Assembly (NCBI GenBank): GCA_965248445.1
Contig: CBDFJG010000003.1
Location: 1,664,001 to 1,728,000, forward strand
Source of the DNA: Planctomycetota bacterium
GTDB lineage: Bacteria > Planctomycetota > JAJSAM01 > JAJVHW01
Direction: 5' to 3'
Length of the DNA stretch: 64,000 nucleotides
In this document: positions 30,500 to 40,035 of the stretch, piece by piece
Layout: the number at the start of each line of letters is the position of its first letter
Numbering within the stretch: the stretch's first letter is position 1
Notes under the pieces: model-generated
The model's input: only the letters and a program-made list of their open reading frames with translations
The model's database searches: none
What the model was told of the DNA's origin: nothing
Program-made: the position numbers and the translations under genes

Positions 30500-31348
30500 G
30501 TGCGCCTTGTCGTCGCGCTTCTCCTCGCACTGGCGCTCGCCGCATGCGGTGGCGGAGTCGAGGAGCCAGATCCTGCGACCGCCGGCACCGAGGACCCGCA
30601 ACCGGCGAGACCGCTGCCGCTGAGCGTCGCCGACGGCGCGAGCGTTCGATACTCGCACTCGCTCCTGCTCTCCAAGGACGGGAAGAGAGAGTTCGAGATC
30701 GTGCGCGATGTGCGTCTCGCGCGCGAGCCCGCGGCGTCCGGCGCGATCCTGTCGTTCGTTTGCGAGCGATTACGGGTCCGGATGGGCGATTCGCAGGGCT
30801 TGTGGGACTTCGACTCCGACGACTCCACGGTGGAAGACGTGATGTCGGTCGAAAACCCGCCGGATATCGTGCGCGCCGCGAGATTGGCCGACACGGCGCT
30901 CGGCGATTACTCCGCGCAGTTCGACGCAGCGGGAGTCCTGCGGAATCTCGAGGCGATCAAGGGTGAGCTCGCCACGGGCGACGGGGAAGACGACCCGGTT
31001 CGCTCCCTCCTGGCCGAACTGTCCCACCGGCCCGAGATGTTCCTGCTCACCGAACTCGACAACGGCTGGTGGAAGCACGACGAGCTCCACATGACTCTGC
31101 TCGGCCCGCGCGTTCGCGGGACCCTGGAACTCTGGAAGAGCGCGCGTCCTCGGCCCCATGACGAGGCGTGGCTGTGGGACGGTGAAGCGGTCCTTCGTGG
31201 ATTGGACGGCACGGACCATCCGGCAGAGGTGGTCATGTCCTATCGCGGCGACGGCCCGGGCCCGCGACACACGGCGAGCGTGAAGCTGGTCACGAAAGAC
31301 GGCGAGGCGGGGCTTGGGCTCTACGTATCCGTCATGCGCCTGGAGTAG
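30500..31348 (+). CDS. Hypothetical lipoprotein
   Basis: Lipobox LAAC; paralog of the next gene. Confidence 0.75.
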   Translation: MRLVVALLLALALAACGGGVEEPDPATAGTEDPQPARPLPLSVADGASVRYSHSLLLSKDGKREFEIVRDVRLAREPAASGAILSFVCERLRVRMGDSQGLWDFDSDDSTVEDVMSVENPPDIVRAARLADTALGDYSAQFDAAGVLRNLEAIKGELATGDGEDDPVRSLLAELSHRPEMFLLTELDNGWWKHDELHMTLLGPRVRGTLELWKSARPRPHDEAWLWDGEAVLRGLDGTDHPAEVVMSYRGDGPGPRHTASVKLVTKDGEAGLGLYVSVMRLE

Positions 31349-31385
31349 CGCGGCCTCCTCTAGGTCGTCGCGCTATCGTCACCAC

Positions 31386-32207
31386 ATGAAAGCCGCCCTC
31401 CTGGTCGCGCTCGCGCTGTTCGCGGCGGGGACCTGTGCGTGCGACACGGCGACAGAGCCCGTGGCCGGCCTTGTGCTCGCCGAGGGCGAGTCCTCGCAGT
31501 TCGTGCGTCGGTTCACGCTCTCGCGCGGCGATGAAGTGCAGCTCGTAATCGCGCAACGGCTCTCCGTCACGCGCGAACCTGCCGAGACGGGTGAGATCAT
31601 CGGCGTCACCTGCGAACGGGCGCGCGTCTGGTGGGGTAGCAGCGAGGGCACACCCGACTTCGACTCCGATGTCCAGTCCGTCGCCGACATCATGGCAGAG
31701 CCAGATGGTGACGTCGGAGTCGAGTACGCCGCGACCTGGGCGGCCCCCGCCATGCTCGGTCTCGTGGCGCATCTGGACGACGACGGCAACGTCACGTCGC
31801 TCTCTGCAAGCACTGGGGAGCTCGAGTCCGGCGACGAAGAGGAGGACGCGGCGCACGCGGTGCTCGCCGAGGCCATCAGCCGGCCGGAGAGCCTGCTCAT
31901 CTCCAACTTCGACCGGCGCGAGCGACCCACACGCGCCGCCGCGGCGTTCGGACCCCGCGTCGCCGGCGAGCTCGCGAACAAGGGGAAGATCGCGACCGGA
32001 AAGACGGAGGAGGTCTGGGGCTGGCAGGGAGACGTCAGCGTCTGGGAGCCCGGCGATGCTCTGATCGACAACTCTGTCACAGGCCGCTTGGCTGTCCAGT
32101 TGCACGTCGCGCCACCCGCACGCCCCCACAAGTTGACGTGGCGCCTCTCGCTCGCCGGACCCAATACGCCCGTCACTCTCGTCTGCGACGTCACGCGATC
32201 GGAGTAG
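31386..32207 (+). CDS. Hypothetical exported/lipoprotein, paralog of 30500-31348
   Basis: Shares REPAxxG.I....CER.RV..G.S.G..DFDSD..V.D.M and LAE..S.RPE..L motifs. Confidence 0.75.
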   Translation: MKAALLVALALFAAGTCACDTATEPVAGLVLAEGESSQFVRRFTLSRGDEVQLVIAQRLSVTREPAETGEIIGVTCERARVWWGSSEGTPDFDSDVQSVADIMAEPDGDVGVEYAATWAAPAMLGLVAHLDDDGNVTSLSASTGELESGDEEEDAAHAVLAEAISRPESLLISNFDRRERPTRAAAAFGPRVAGELANKGKIATGKTEEVWGWQGDVSVWEPGDALIDNSVTGRLAVQLHVAPPARPHKLTWRLSLAGPNTPVTLVCDVTRSE

Positions 32208-32247
32208 CCCGACGTTCGCGGACCGGCCGGCGCGTTATCGTACGTCC

Positions 32248-33723
32248 GTGCGCGCTCCCCTCCTGATCGTCGCAGCGCTCCTGGCGCTCGGAGCGCTCGC
32301 CGTAACCGCAGTTCTGCTGACCATGGGATCGCCCGGCGAACCGGACGGCGCAACCGCAATCGAACGCGAGCAGCGGCCGGACCGCCCACAGCGCACGGAG
32401 CAGCCCGCGCGAGAGCGCTATCCGGCGGGCGGACGCGACGTCGCCGGCACCGTGACGAACGACCGGGGATACCCGCTCCGCGGTGCCACCGTCGAGGCGG
32501 GCGAGATGACGACGACGACCGACGACGACGGGCGGTTCCTGCTCACGGGCGTCAGTCCGCGCGTCCGAGAGATCGTCGTGCGGGCCGACGGAGTGGCGAC
32601 GAAGACGATCCCGATCGGCCGGCGCGACGAACTCGTCACGGCGAAGCTCCACCGCGTGCGGAGGGTCGATGTCTCGGTGGAGTTGCCGGACGGCCTCGTT
32701 CCGGCGGGCGGGCGCCTGATGGTGCGACCGTGGCGAACCGAGGAGCACGAAGTCGTGCTCGAGGCGGACGGGACGCACCCACCTCTCGAGCTCATCCACC
32801 GGCTCACACGTATCACGTTCCCCGCACAGCGCGTCGGCGGCGTGCCGCTGCAGCGCGCGCAGACATCCGTGAGTGCGAGCGGCAACAAGCCCGCGACTCT
32901 GCGGCCGGAGCGCGGCGCGGCGATCAGCGGCAGGGTCCTGGATCCGGACGGACGTCCGGTCAAGAGCGCACTGGTGCAGGCGAGACGCTACGAGAGCGGC
33001 AAGTTCCCGATCCGCGACAGCGCCGAGACCGACTCCAACGGCTGGTTCGAGGTGATCATCGACCCGGGTGCCAAAACCTCGCTGCGCACCATCACGCAGT
33101 CCGAGAGAGGGGCCACCGGCTTCCGCTTCGCAACGTCGATCGTCCAGGCCGAAGCAGGCGACAGCAACCTCGAGATCCGCTTGAAGCAGGGGCTGACCAC
33201 GACGGGTGCGGTCGAACTACCGGACGGTACGCCCGCCCGGCGCGTGCGTCTCGCCGTGACGCGCAACTCCCGGCGTCCCGGCGGCGGCACGAGCGAGGTC
33301 GGCACGACCGTGGTGACCGACAGTGACGGCCGGTTCCGCATCGGCGGCCTGATCCAGGGGTACTACTGGATAGACGTTCCGCCGGACGTGGCGGAGGCCA
33401 AGAACTGGGTCCTCCGCACAGAACTCTGCGCCGGGTCGACAGACGTCGTGTTGCCGATCAGCAAGTCCCTCAGAGTCTCCGGCACGCTGCTCGACGAGCG
33501 CGGCGAGCCCGTCTACACGATGAACCTGACCCTCAACGACGGCAAGGTCGGCCGCTCGCTTCGATCACGCACGAACAGGTCGGGCGAATTCGTCGTGAAG
33601 GGTGTGCCACCCGGCGAGTACACCGCGTCTGCGACTGTCCCTGGACGCTCGGGCTGGGTGTCACTCGGCACGGTTCGAGCCGGTAGCGAGGACGTCGAAC
33701 TCCGCGTCCCGCCCGCCCGCTGA
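32248..33723 (+). CDS. Membrane-anchored carboxypeptidase-regulatory-like (prealbumin-fold) repeat protein
   Basis: Repeated G.V.D..G.P / TD.DGRF...G motifs after an N-terminal TM helix. Confidence 0.8.
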   Translation: MRAPLLIVAALLALGALAVTAVLLTMGSPGEPDGATAIEREQRPDRPQRTEQPARERYPAGGRDVAGTVTNDRGYPLRGATVEAGEMTTTTDDDGRFLLTGVSPRVREIVVRADGVATKTIPIGRRDELVTAKLHRVRRVDVSVELPDGLVPAGGRLMVRPWRTEEHEVVLEADGTHPPLELIHRLTRITFPAQRVGGVPLQRAQTSVSASGNKPATLRPERGAAISGRVLDPDGRPVKSALVQARRYESGKFPIRDSAETDSNGWFEVIIDPGAKTSLRTITQSERGATGFRFATSIVQAEAGDSNLEIRLKQGLTTTGAVELPDGTPARRVRLAVTRNSRRPGGGTSEVGTTVVTDSDGRFRIGGLIQGYYWIDVPPDVAEAKNWVLRTELCAGSTDVVLPISKSLRVSGTLLDERGEPVYTMNLTLNDGKVGRSLRSRTNRSGEFVVKGVPPGEYTASATVPGRSGWVSLGTVRAGSEDVELRVPPAR

Positions 33724-33766
33724 GAGCGGTTTCTCGGAATGCCCCTAAACCGACCCACCGTACTAG

Positions 33767-35462
33767 CCTGCATAATTCATCACGCCACGCCCGGAACGTA
33801 GATTCGGGCGCACCGCGCATTGCATAAACTGTTGTTAGAGCAATAGTTACACAGATGCGAGAGGTACGCCCGAGTGACGAATTCTACCCCACACACTGTC
33901 CGGTTTCCCGATCTCTTCGGGAAGGTCACCACGGCCGTGTTCGACGGCGAAGCGCACACGTCCGAGGGAGGCGCGGGACTGCTGCGCGCGGTGGACCGTC
34001 GAATGGGAGTGACCGCAGGTCTGGCTGCGCTGTTGGTGGATCGTCGTGACCCGACGCGGGTGCAGCACTCGTTGGAGGAGCTCTTTCGGCAGCGCGTCTT
34101 CTCGATCGGCCTGGGCTACAGCGACCAGAACGACGCGGCTCGCGTGGGCACCGACCCGATGCTCAAGGGGGTCACGGGCCGCGCGCCGATCAAGGGCGCC
34201 GACCTGGCGTCTCAGGCGACGCTGTCGCGCTTCGAGAACGCGGTCACGGCGCACGAGCTCGTGGCCTTGTCGCGCAAGCTCGAGGAGGACGTGATCGAGC
34301 GTCTTTGCGCTCGCCACCGGGGGGCCCGGCGCATCACGATCGACATGGACCCGAGCTGTGACCCGACCCACGGTGCACAGCAGGGAGCGCTCTTCAACGG
34401 CTTCTACGACACGTGGTGCTACCTGCCGGTTTTCGGCTTCCTCACGGTCGACGGCGATCCGGAGCAGTACCTTTTCTGTGCGCGGCTGCGGCCGGGCAAC
34501 GCGAAGGAGGGCCGCACGTCGCTGCGGACGATCCGCCGGATGGTGAAGCGACTTCGGCGTGCGTTTCCGCGCACGCAGATCCTCGTGCGCCTGGACAGCG
34601 GCTTCGCCGGCTCGCGGCTCTTCGACGCGCTGGACGAACTCGGCGTGAAGTACGTGGTCGGGATGCCCAAGAACAAGCGGCTCCTGGATCTGTGCGACGC
34701 CGAGATGACAGCGGCTGCGGTGCTGGCGGCGATGGAAGACAAGACGGCGCAGATCTACGGCGACTGCGAGTACCGGGCGAAGAGCTGGAGCAGGTCCCGC
34801 CGCGTGGTCTTCAAGGCGCAAGTGCTGGTCGCCACCGGGAAGGTGAACAAGGACAACGCGCGCTTCGTGGTCACCAACGTCTCGCGCAGCTACAAGCCCG
34901 AGACGACCTACTGCAAGACCTACTGCGGTCGCGGCGACGCCGAGAACCGCATCAAGGAACTCAAGGGTGGCCTGGCGGTGGATCGCACGAGCAACTCGAG
35001 CTTCCTGGCGAACCAGTTCCGCGTGCTGATGACCGCGGCGGCCTACGTACTCTTCCAGGAGTTACGCTACCAGTTGCGCGGCACCACGGCCGCAGTCTGG
35101 CAGGTGCACACGATCCGCGAACGGCTGCTCAAGATCGGCGCCCGCGTCGTGGAATCGGTGCGCCGCGTCGTCGTGCATCTCGCGGCGGCCTGCCCATGGC
35201 GCGAGCTGTGGTGCCGCGTCGCGCGAAGGCTCGGCGCTGCGCCGGTCTGAGCGCAGCCGATGGCCAGAAGAACGACACGCTTCCGGCTACCGGTCCGTCC
35301 AGACCTCGTCCGCGCGGCGGCAAATGGACTTGAACGCCCCCTCGGAACGAAGATCCCGCCGTCCGAGACCCCGCCGACCTCGGTGAACGCCGCAAGTCGA
35401 GCGCCCGGGCGCTCGGACCGGCCGAGGGACGCCATCGCGAGCGTCGTCATGAATAGTGCGGG
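33767..35462 (+). mobile_element. IS1380-family insertion sequence
   Basis: Terminal IRs CCTGCATAATTCAT / ATGAATAGTGCGGG (11 of 14 match), preceded by CTAG. Confidence 0.85.
33874..35250 (+). CDS. IS1380-family transposase
   Basis: TSEGGAGLL, LASQATLSRFEN, IDMDPS..HGAQQG..FNGFY, RLDSGF, YCGRGDAENRIKELK. Confidence 0.93.
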   Translation: MTNSTPHTVRFPDLFGKVTTAVFDGEAHTSEGGAGLLRAVDRRMGVTAGLAALLVDRRDPTRVQHSLEELFRQRVFSIGLGYSDQNDAARVGTDPMLKGVTGRAPIKGADLASQATLSRFENAVTAHELVALSRKLEEDVIERLCARHRGARRITIDMDPSCDPTHGAQQGALFNGFYDTWCYLPVFGFLTVDGDPEQYLFCARLRPGNAKEGRTSLRTIRRMVKRLRRAFPRTQILVRLDSGFAGSRLFDALDELGVKYVVGMPKNKRLLDLCDAEMTAAAVLAAMEDKTAQIYGDCEYRAKSWSRSRRVVFKAQVLVATGKVNKDNARFVVTNVSRSYKPETTYCKTYCGRGDAENRIKELKGGLAVDRTSNSSFLANQFRVLMTAAAYVLFQELRYQLRGTTAAVWQVHTIRERLLKIGARVVESVRRVVVHLAAACPWRELWCRVARRLGAAPV

Positions 35463-36556
35463 CAGGGGCTCCCCCCTTCGCTCAGGTTGAGCGTCCGATC
35501 GGGTGACTAACATCGCACTTACAAGGAGGTGCGATGACCGGTGCCATGATCCCCTTTGCGCGCGACGACTCGCTGCCGGGCACACTCGCCGAGTTTGTCG
35601 TGAGGTTCTCCGACGAAGATCGGTGTGCAGCCCTGCTGCGCCGGTGGAAGTACGGCGAGGGCGGCTTCCGCTGTCCAGCGTGCGGCGGCGAGGAGGCGTG
35701 GTTCCTGCCGTCACGCCGGCTCGACGAGTGTTGTGCCTGCCACAAGCAGGTTTCGCTCACCGCCGGCACCGTCATGCACGGGTCTCGCAAGCCGCTACGG
35801 CTGTGGTTCCTGGCCATGTATCTGTTCGTGTCGAGCAAGCGAGGCATCTCCGCACTCGAGCTGCAGCGCGAGCTTGGACTGGCCAAGTACCAGACCGCTT
35901 GGACATGGCTGCACAAGTTGCGAAACGCCATCGCGATGCGATCCACCGCGCCGCTGCGCGGACACCTCGAGATCGACGAGACCTGGGAAGGCGGACTGCG
36001 ACATGGCCGGCCGGGGCGTCCCAAGGTCGGCGACCGCAGCGCGCTGGTCATGGGAGCCGTCGAGATCTCACCGCGTCACGCCCTCATCGGTCGCATCCGT
36101 CTCGAATCCATCGCCGATGGTTCGGCTGACACGGTCAAGGCGTTCCTCGAGCAGCACGTCGCCGCACGCTCAGTGCTGTTCACCGACGACTGGCGTAGCT
36201 ATCGAAAGCCGGCTGACGACTTGGAGCACGACCATCGACCGACCAACGTGTCGAAGTCCGACGACGAGGCACACGTTGTGCTACCTGCGATCCACCGCGT
36301 CTTCTCGCTGCTCCATCGCGTGCTCTTGGGCACGTTCCAGGGCGGCGTGCGACGCAAGTACCTCCCCAGCTACCTGGCGGAGTTCGAGTTCCGGTTCAAC
36401 CGACGCACATCGAAGCGACGTGGACTGCTGTTCCAACGACTACTCGCCTGCGCCGTGCGGCGATGCCCTCCCTTCCACTGGGAGATCGTTGGGCGAACCG
36501 ATGCGCGCACGCCACTCGCCGCCGCAGCCTGACCTGAGTGAAGAGGGGATCCCCTG
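35463..36556 (+). mobile_element. IS1595-family insertion sequence
   Basis: 25-bp IRs CAGGGGCTCCCCCCTTCGCTCAGGT / ACCTGAGTGAAGAGGGGATCCCCTG (22 of 25 match). Confidence 0.88.
35534..36532 (+). CDS. IS1595-family transposase
   Basis: Zinc ribbon CPACG..CCAC, SLTAGTVMH, EIDETW, LFTDDWRSY, YLAEFEFRFNRR. Confidence 0.93.
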   Translation: MTGAMIPFARDDSLPGTLAEFVVRFSDEDRCAALLRRWKYGEGGFRCPACGGEEAWFLPSRRLDECCACHKQVSLTAGTVMHGSRKPLRLWFLAMYLFVSSKRGISALELQRELGLAKYQTAWTWLHKLRNAIAMRSTAPLRGHLEIDETWEGGLRHGRPGRPKVGDRSALVMGAVEISPRHALIGRIRLESIADGSADTVKAFLEQHVAARSVLFTDDWRSYRKPADDLEHDHRPTNVSKSDDEAHVVLPAIHRVFSLLHRVLLGTFQGGVRRKYLPSYLAEFEFRFNRRTSKRRGLLFQRLLACAVRRCPPFHWEIVGRTDARTPLAAAA

Positions 36557-36562
36557 TAGGGG

Positions 36563-37129
36563 CTAGTCGCCCGGGTCCGGATCGCTTTCGCTCGCCGCGC
36601 CTCCCTGGTGGTCTGGCAGCTCATCGAGCGCGCCGGACACGAGGCGCCACAACAGTTCGCCGAACAGCTCCATCGTGGCCCGCGCGTAGGTTCGGTCGCG
36701 GTGCTGCTCGGCCGGTACGGGCTCGACCTCGTGCTCGTAGCGATCGAGGCCGTGCTCTGCGCCGATGGCAAGGCGGGCCGCCTGCAGGCCGCTGATCCAC
36801 GCGTCGCGGTGCTTGCCAGGGATCTCCAGGCGGCCGTCGCCCTCGTTCGTGCAGGTCATCGCCAGCAGGTGCAGGTCCCGGGCGATGACCTCCTGCGCAG
36901 ACCCGAGCAGGTGGAACAACTCCGGGTGCATGAGCTTGCGCCACTCGTCGTTTGCTTCCTCATCCGTGGCCGAGACGTCGGGGAACAGCCGCTTCTTCAC
37001 GGCCGGCGGTCCGTTTGCGTCGAGCGACGCCGGCAGGGTCAGGAGGACCGCCGCGAGCCCTCGCGAGACGTTCGTCAGGTCGAGACCCCCGTCATCCCGC
37101 ATGGCGACGTTCGCGCCTTCGTCGCTCAC
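36563..37129 (-). CDS. DUF2017-like protein
   Basis: RLFPDVS..DEEANDEWRKLM..EL, AWISGLQAARLAIG; GTGA-coupled downstream of clpS. Confidence 0.7.
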   Translation of the reverse strand: MSDEGANVAMRDDGGLDLTNVSRGLAAVLLTLPASLDANGPPAVKKRLFPDVSATDEEANDEWRKLMHPELFHLLGSAQEVIARDLHLLAMTCTNEGDGRLEIPGKHRDAWISGLQAARLAIGAEHGLDRYEHEVEPVPAEQHRDRTYARATMELFGELLWRLVSGALDELPDHQGGAASESDPDPGD

Positions 37130-37437
37130 TCTTCGACCTGTTCGATGGTTGCCTTGATGAACGCCGCGTGGAGCTTGTGGACGTACAGCTCGGCCTTCTC
37201 GCGGGATCCCGTCCATACGACGGACCGTCCGCTCTCGTGGACCTCACTCATCAGGCGCTGCGCCTTCGCGAGCGAGTAGCCGAACACACGCTGGAACACC
37301 ATGGTGACGTACGTCATGAGGGTGATCGGGTCGTCGTGCGCGATCACGTTCCACGGTCGCGCGAGTGATGTGACGACCACCGGCTCGACGATGACGCCGG
37401 GCTCGGACGTGGAGGCGAAGGGCCGGGTGGGTGACAC
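37126..37437 (-). CDS. clpS: ATP-dependent Clp protease adaptor ClpS
   Basis: PWNVIAHDDPITLMTYVTMVFQRVFGY...MSEVHESGRSVVW.G.REKAE; start approximate. Confidence 0.9.
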   Translation of the reverse strand: MSPTRPFASTSEPGVIVEPVVVTSLARPWNVIAHDDPITLMTYVTMVFQRVFGYSLAKAQRLMSEVHESGRSVVWTGSREKAELYVHKLHAAFIKATIEQVEE

Positions 37438-37477
37438 GTTCGGATCGTATCCGACGCCTCGCACTAGACTGCTCTGG

Positions 37478-37996
37478 ATGAAGACCCCAACGCTGACGCT
37501 CCTGCTCGCCGCCGCTCTCGCTCTCGGACACCTCCCTGGCTGCGCCGGGGAGGCCGACAGGCCGGATGACCGCCCGGATGACCGCCCCGGGGAGCGTTCC
37601 GCCCAACCGGCCAAGCCGCCGGCCGACCTGCAGGTCGGCGACACGTTCACCATCCCATCAGGACAGAGGGGCGTGCCGGGCATCACCGTGGACGTGGCTG
37701 CCGTCGGCGCCGGCCCACGGTGCGGAAAGGGCCGTCGGGCGAGCGTCCATTACATCCTGACGCTCGCCGATGGGAGCGAGATCGAGAGTTCGCGCAAGAG
37801 CGGCACGCCGTTCCCGTTCGTGGTCGGCTCACCCGGCGCGATCGAGGGCTGGCAGCTCATCGCCGAGCAGATGCGCGTCGGTGACCGCTGGAACGTCGTC
37901 GTCCCCTATCAGCTCGCCTACGGCGAGCGCGGCGGACAGGGCATGGCGCCACGCACCAATCTGCACTTCGACATGGAGTTGATGGGCATCCGCTAG
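37478..37996 (+). CDS. FKBP-type peptidyl-prolyl isomerase, probable lipoprotein
   Basis: LPGC lipobox-like; VHYILTLADGSEIESS, IEGW, MRVGDR, LAYGERG, LHFDMEL. Confidence 0.88.
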   Translation: MKTPTLTLLLAAALALGHLPGCAGEADRPDDRPDDRPGERSAQPAKPPADLQVGDTFTIPSGQRGVPGITVDVAAVGAGPRCGKGRRASVHYILTLADGSEIESSRKSGTPFPFVVGSPGAIEGWQLIAEQMRVGDRWNVVVPYQLAYGERGGQGMAPRTNLHFDMELMGIR

Positions 37997-38613
37997 TCCG
38001 CGTGAAGACGCCGGGCGCGCACGCCGTCGAGGCCGTGGTACGTCACGAAGATCGTGCCCGCCGCCGCGTATTGCTCGAACAGGTCGTCGAAGAACCCCTC
38101 TGCACCGGGCCACGGGTACGCGTACACCACTTCGAACTCGTCGAGGTCGCGGCCGAGATCGTCGTACGCGTCGGCGCCCTCGGCGATCGTCGATCGCTCG
38201 GTCTCCATCGTCTCGGGGTCGGGATCGAAACCGTCCGGCACGAAGCTCCCCGCGCAGATCTCGGCGTGAACGTCCGCTGCGGCGAGCACCTCCCGCGCGG
38301 CGTCCGCGAGACGGGGGACGATCTCGATGCCGTGCGCGCGCCAGCCGCGGAGTGCCGCGAGTCCAGTCACGAGCCCGGCCGCGGCGCCCCACTCGAGGAA
38401 CAGTGGCCGTTTCGCCAGATGCGTTTCGAGCGCCGCGAACGCCGCGTCCACGACGACCGGATCGGCGGGAGCGAACGAGGGCAGTTCCTCCCGCAGTCCG
38501 GCGGCGAGGAGTGCATCGAGCCGCGCGTCGGCGAGCGCCGCGAACGGCGCAGCCCGCTCGCCGAGCCCGTGCCCAGCGTGCTCCGCGAGTTCGATGTCCT
38601 CGAAGCGCGACAT
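37993..38613 (-). CDS. Class I SAM-dependent methyltransferase-like protein
   Basis: FLEWGAAAGLVT, AHGIEI, GSFVP, VVYAYPWPG; TGATG coupling to mutM-GNAT. Confidence 0.7.
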   Translation of the reverse strand: MSRFEDIELAEHAGHGLGERAAPFAALADARLDALLAAGLREELPSFAPADPVVVDAAFAALETHLAKRPLFLEWGAAAGLVTGLAALRGWRAHGIEIVPRLADAAREVLAAADVHAEICAGSFVPDGFDPDPETMETERSTIAEGADAYDDLGRDLDEFEVVYAYPWPGAEGFFDDLFEQYAAAGTIFVTYHGLDGVRARRLHAD

Positions 38614-39986
38614 CAGAGCGCTCCCCGGAAACGGATCTCGATGAGCTTCTGACCCTCGAAGTCGAGCGTCTTCTTCGATCCATCCCGCGCGAAGCCCGCC
38701 GCCTCGTAGAAGCGGTGCGTCTTCATGTTCTTGTCGAGCACCCACACGACGGCCCCCCGAAAGCCGAGGCGGCGCAGTCCCATCAGCGTGTAGCTGTAGA
38801 GTCGGCGCCCGAGCCCGGTGCCGATGACCGACGGCTCGACGTAGATCGCGTACACCTCGCCGACGTCGGTGCTCAGGTCGTCATCCCGCGCCGGTCCGCT
38901 GACGGCGAACCCGAGCAAGTCGCCGCCCCGCACGAGTACCCAGATGCGGCGGTCGGGCACGTCCGTCCTCCGTATCCACTTCTCGTGATGCGCCGCGCGC
39001 GTCTTCGCGTCGAGCCGGTCGAGATACGCCTGCGGCATCTGACCGCGGTACGCGTGCTGCCAGGCGCGCACGTGCAGAGACCCGAGGGCCGGCGCATCGG
39101 ACACGACCGCTCTGCGGATCGTCGTGCGCGGCGCCTGCGCTCGTTTTCGACCCCGCGGCTTGGGCTGACAGCGCGTGCAGAGGTGCGTGCCGCGCTGGCC
39201 GACGACGATGCGCTTGATCGCACGGCCGCACGTCGTGCACGGTTCGCCCTCGCGGCCGTAGACGCGGAACAGATGCTGATACGAGCCGGGATTGCCCTCG
39301 GGGGTGCGATAGAACGGATCGAAGCTCGAGCCCTCGCGCTCGATGGCCTCGGACAGCACAGTTTGCAGCACGACGTGTAATCGCTGCGCGCGGGCACGCG
39401 TCACACGGTCGCTTCTGCACTCTGGATGCAGACCGGCGCGGTGCAGTGACTCGTCGACGTAGATGTTGCCGAGGCCGGCGACGAACGTCTGGTCGAGCAG
39501 CAGCGGCTTCAGCGTCGCCCGGCGGCCGCGCAGAGCGGCGGTGAAGACCGCCTCGGTGAACCCGGGATCGAGCGGTTCGGGACCCAGATGATCGAGGAAC
39601 GCGTCCGCGTCGCGGGCGAACGTGAAGCGCCCGAACTTCCGAACGTCCACGAAGCGGAGCTGCCGGCCTCCCGACAGACGGAGCGCCACGCGGAGCCAGC
39701 GCGGATTCTCGTCGCGGGCGCGGTCCACCATCAGCCGGCCGCTCATCCGCAGGTGGACGACGACGGCACCGGCCGGGACCCGCTTGCGCCGCAGCTCCAC
39801 GATCACGTACTTCCCGCGGCGGCGGACACCTGCGATCCGCGCCCCGCGAACAGCCCTTCCGAAGGCCGCCCGCGTAGCCCCGCCGAGAGACCGCTCCCAG
39901 AGCACGCGCACGCCTTCGATCGTCCGGCCCCTGATCCCGGGGGCGATCATCCGCGCGACCGTCTCGACCTCGGGCAGCTCCGGCAA
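38613..39986 (-). CDS. mutM: Formamidopyrimidine-DNA glycosylase fused to a C-terminal GNAT acetyltransferase
   Basis: TTG-PELPEVET after GGAGG; RRGKY, HLRMSG, DVRKFG, LLDQTFVAGLGNIYVDE, zinc finger CTTC..CTRCQ; then IRRA...AWQHAYRG...GEVYAIYVEP..GTGLGRRL...FYEAAGF. Confidence 0.92.
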   Translation of the reverse strand: MPELPEVETVARMIAPGIRGRTIEGVRVLWERSLGGATRAAFGRAVRGARIAGVRRRGKYVIVELRRKRVPAGAVVVHLRMSGRLMVDRARDENPRWLRVALRLSGGRQLRFVDVRKFGRFTFARDADAFLDHLGPEPLDPGFTEAVFTAALRGRRATLKPLLLDQTFVAGLGNIYVDESLHRAGLHPECRSDRVTRARAQRLHVVLQTVLSEAIEREGSSFDPFYRTPEGNPGSYQHLFRVYGREGEPCTTCGRAIKRIVVGQRGTHLCTRCQPKPRGRKRAQAPRTTIRRAVVSDAPALGSLHVRAWQHAYRGQMPQAYLDRLDAKTRAAHHEKWIRRTDVPDRRIWVLVRGGDLLGFAVSGPARDDDLSTDVGEVYAIYVEPSVIGTGLGRRLYSYTLMGLRRLGFRGAVVWVLDKNMKTHRFYEAAGFARDGSKKTLDFEGQKLIEIRFRGAL

Positions 39987-40035
39987 TTCGTCCTCCGGCG
40001 ACACGGTACCGGGCGGCCCGTTACGATGCGCCGAC

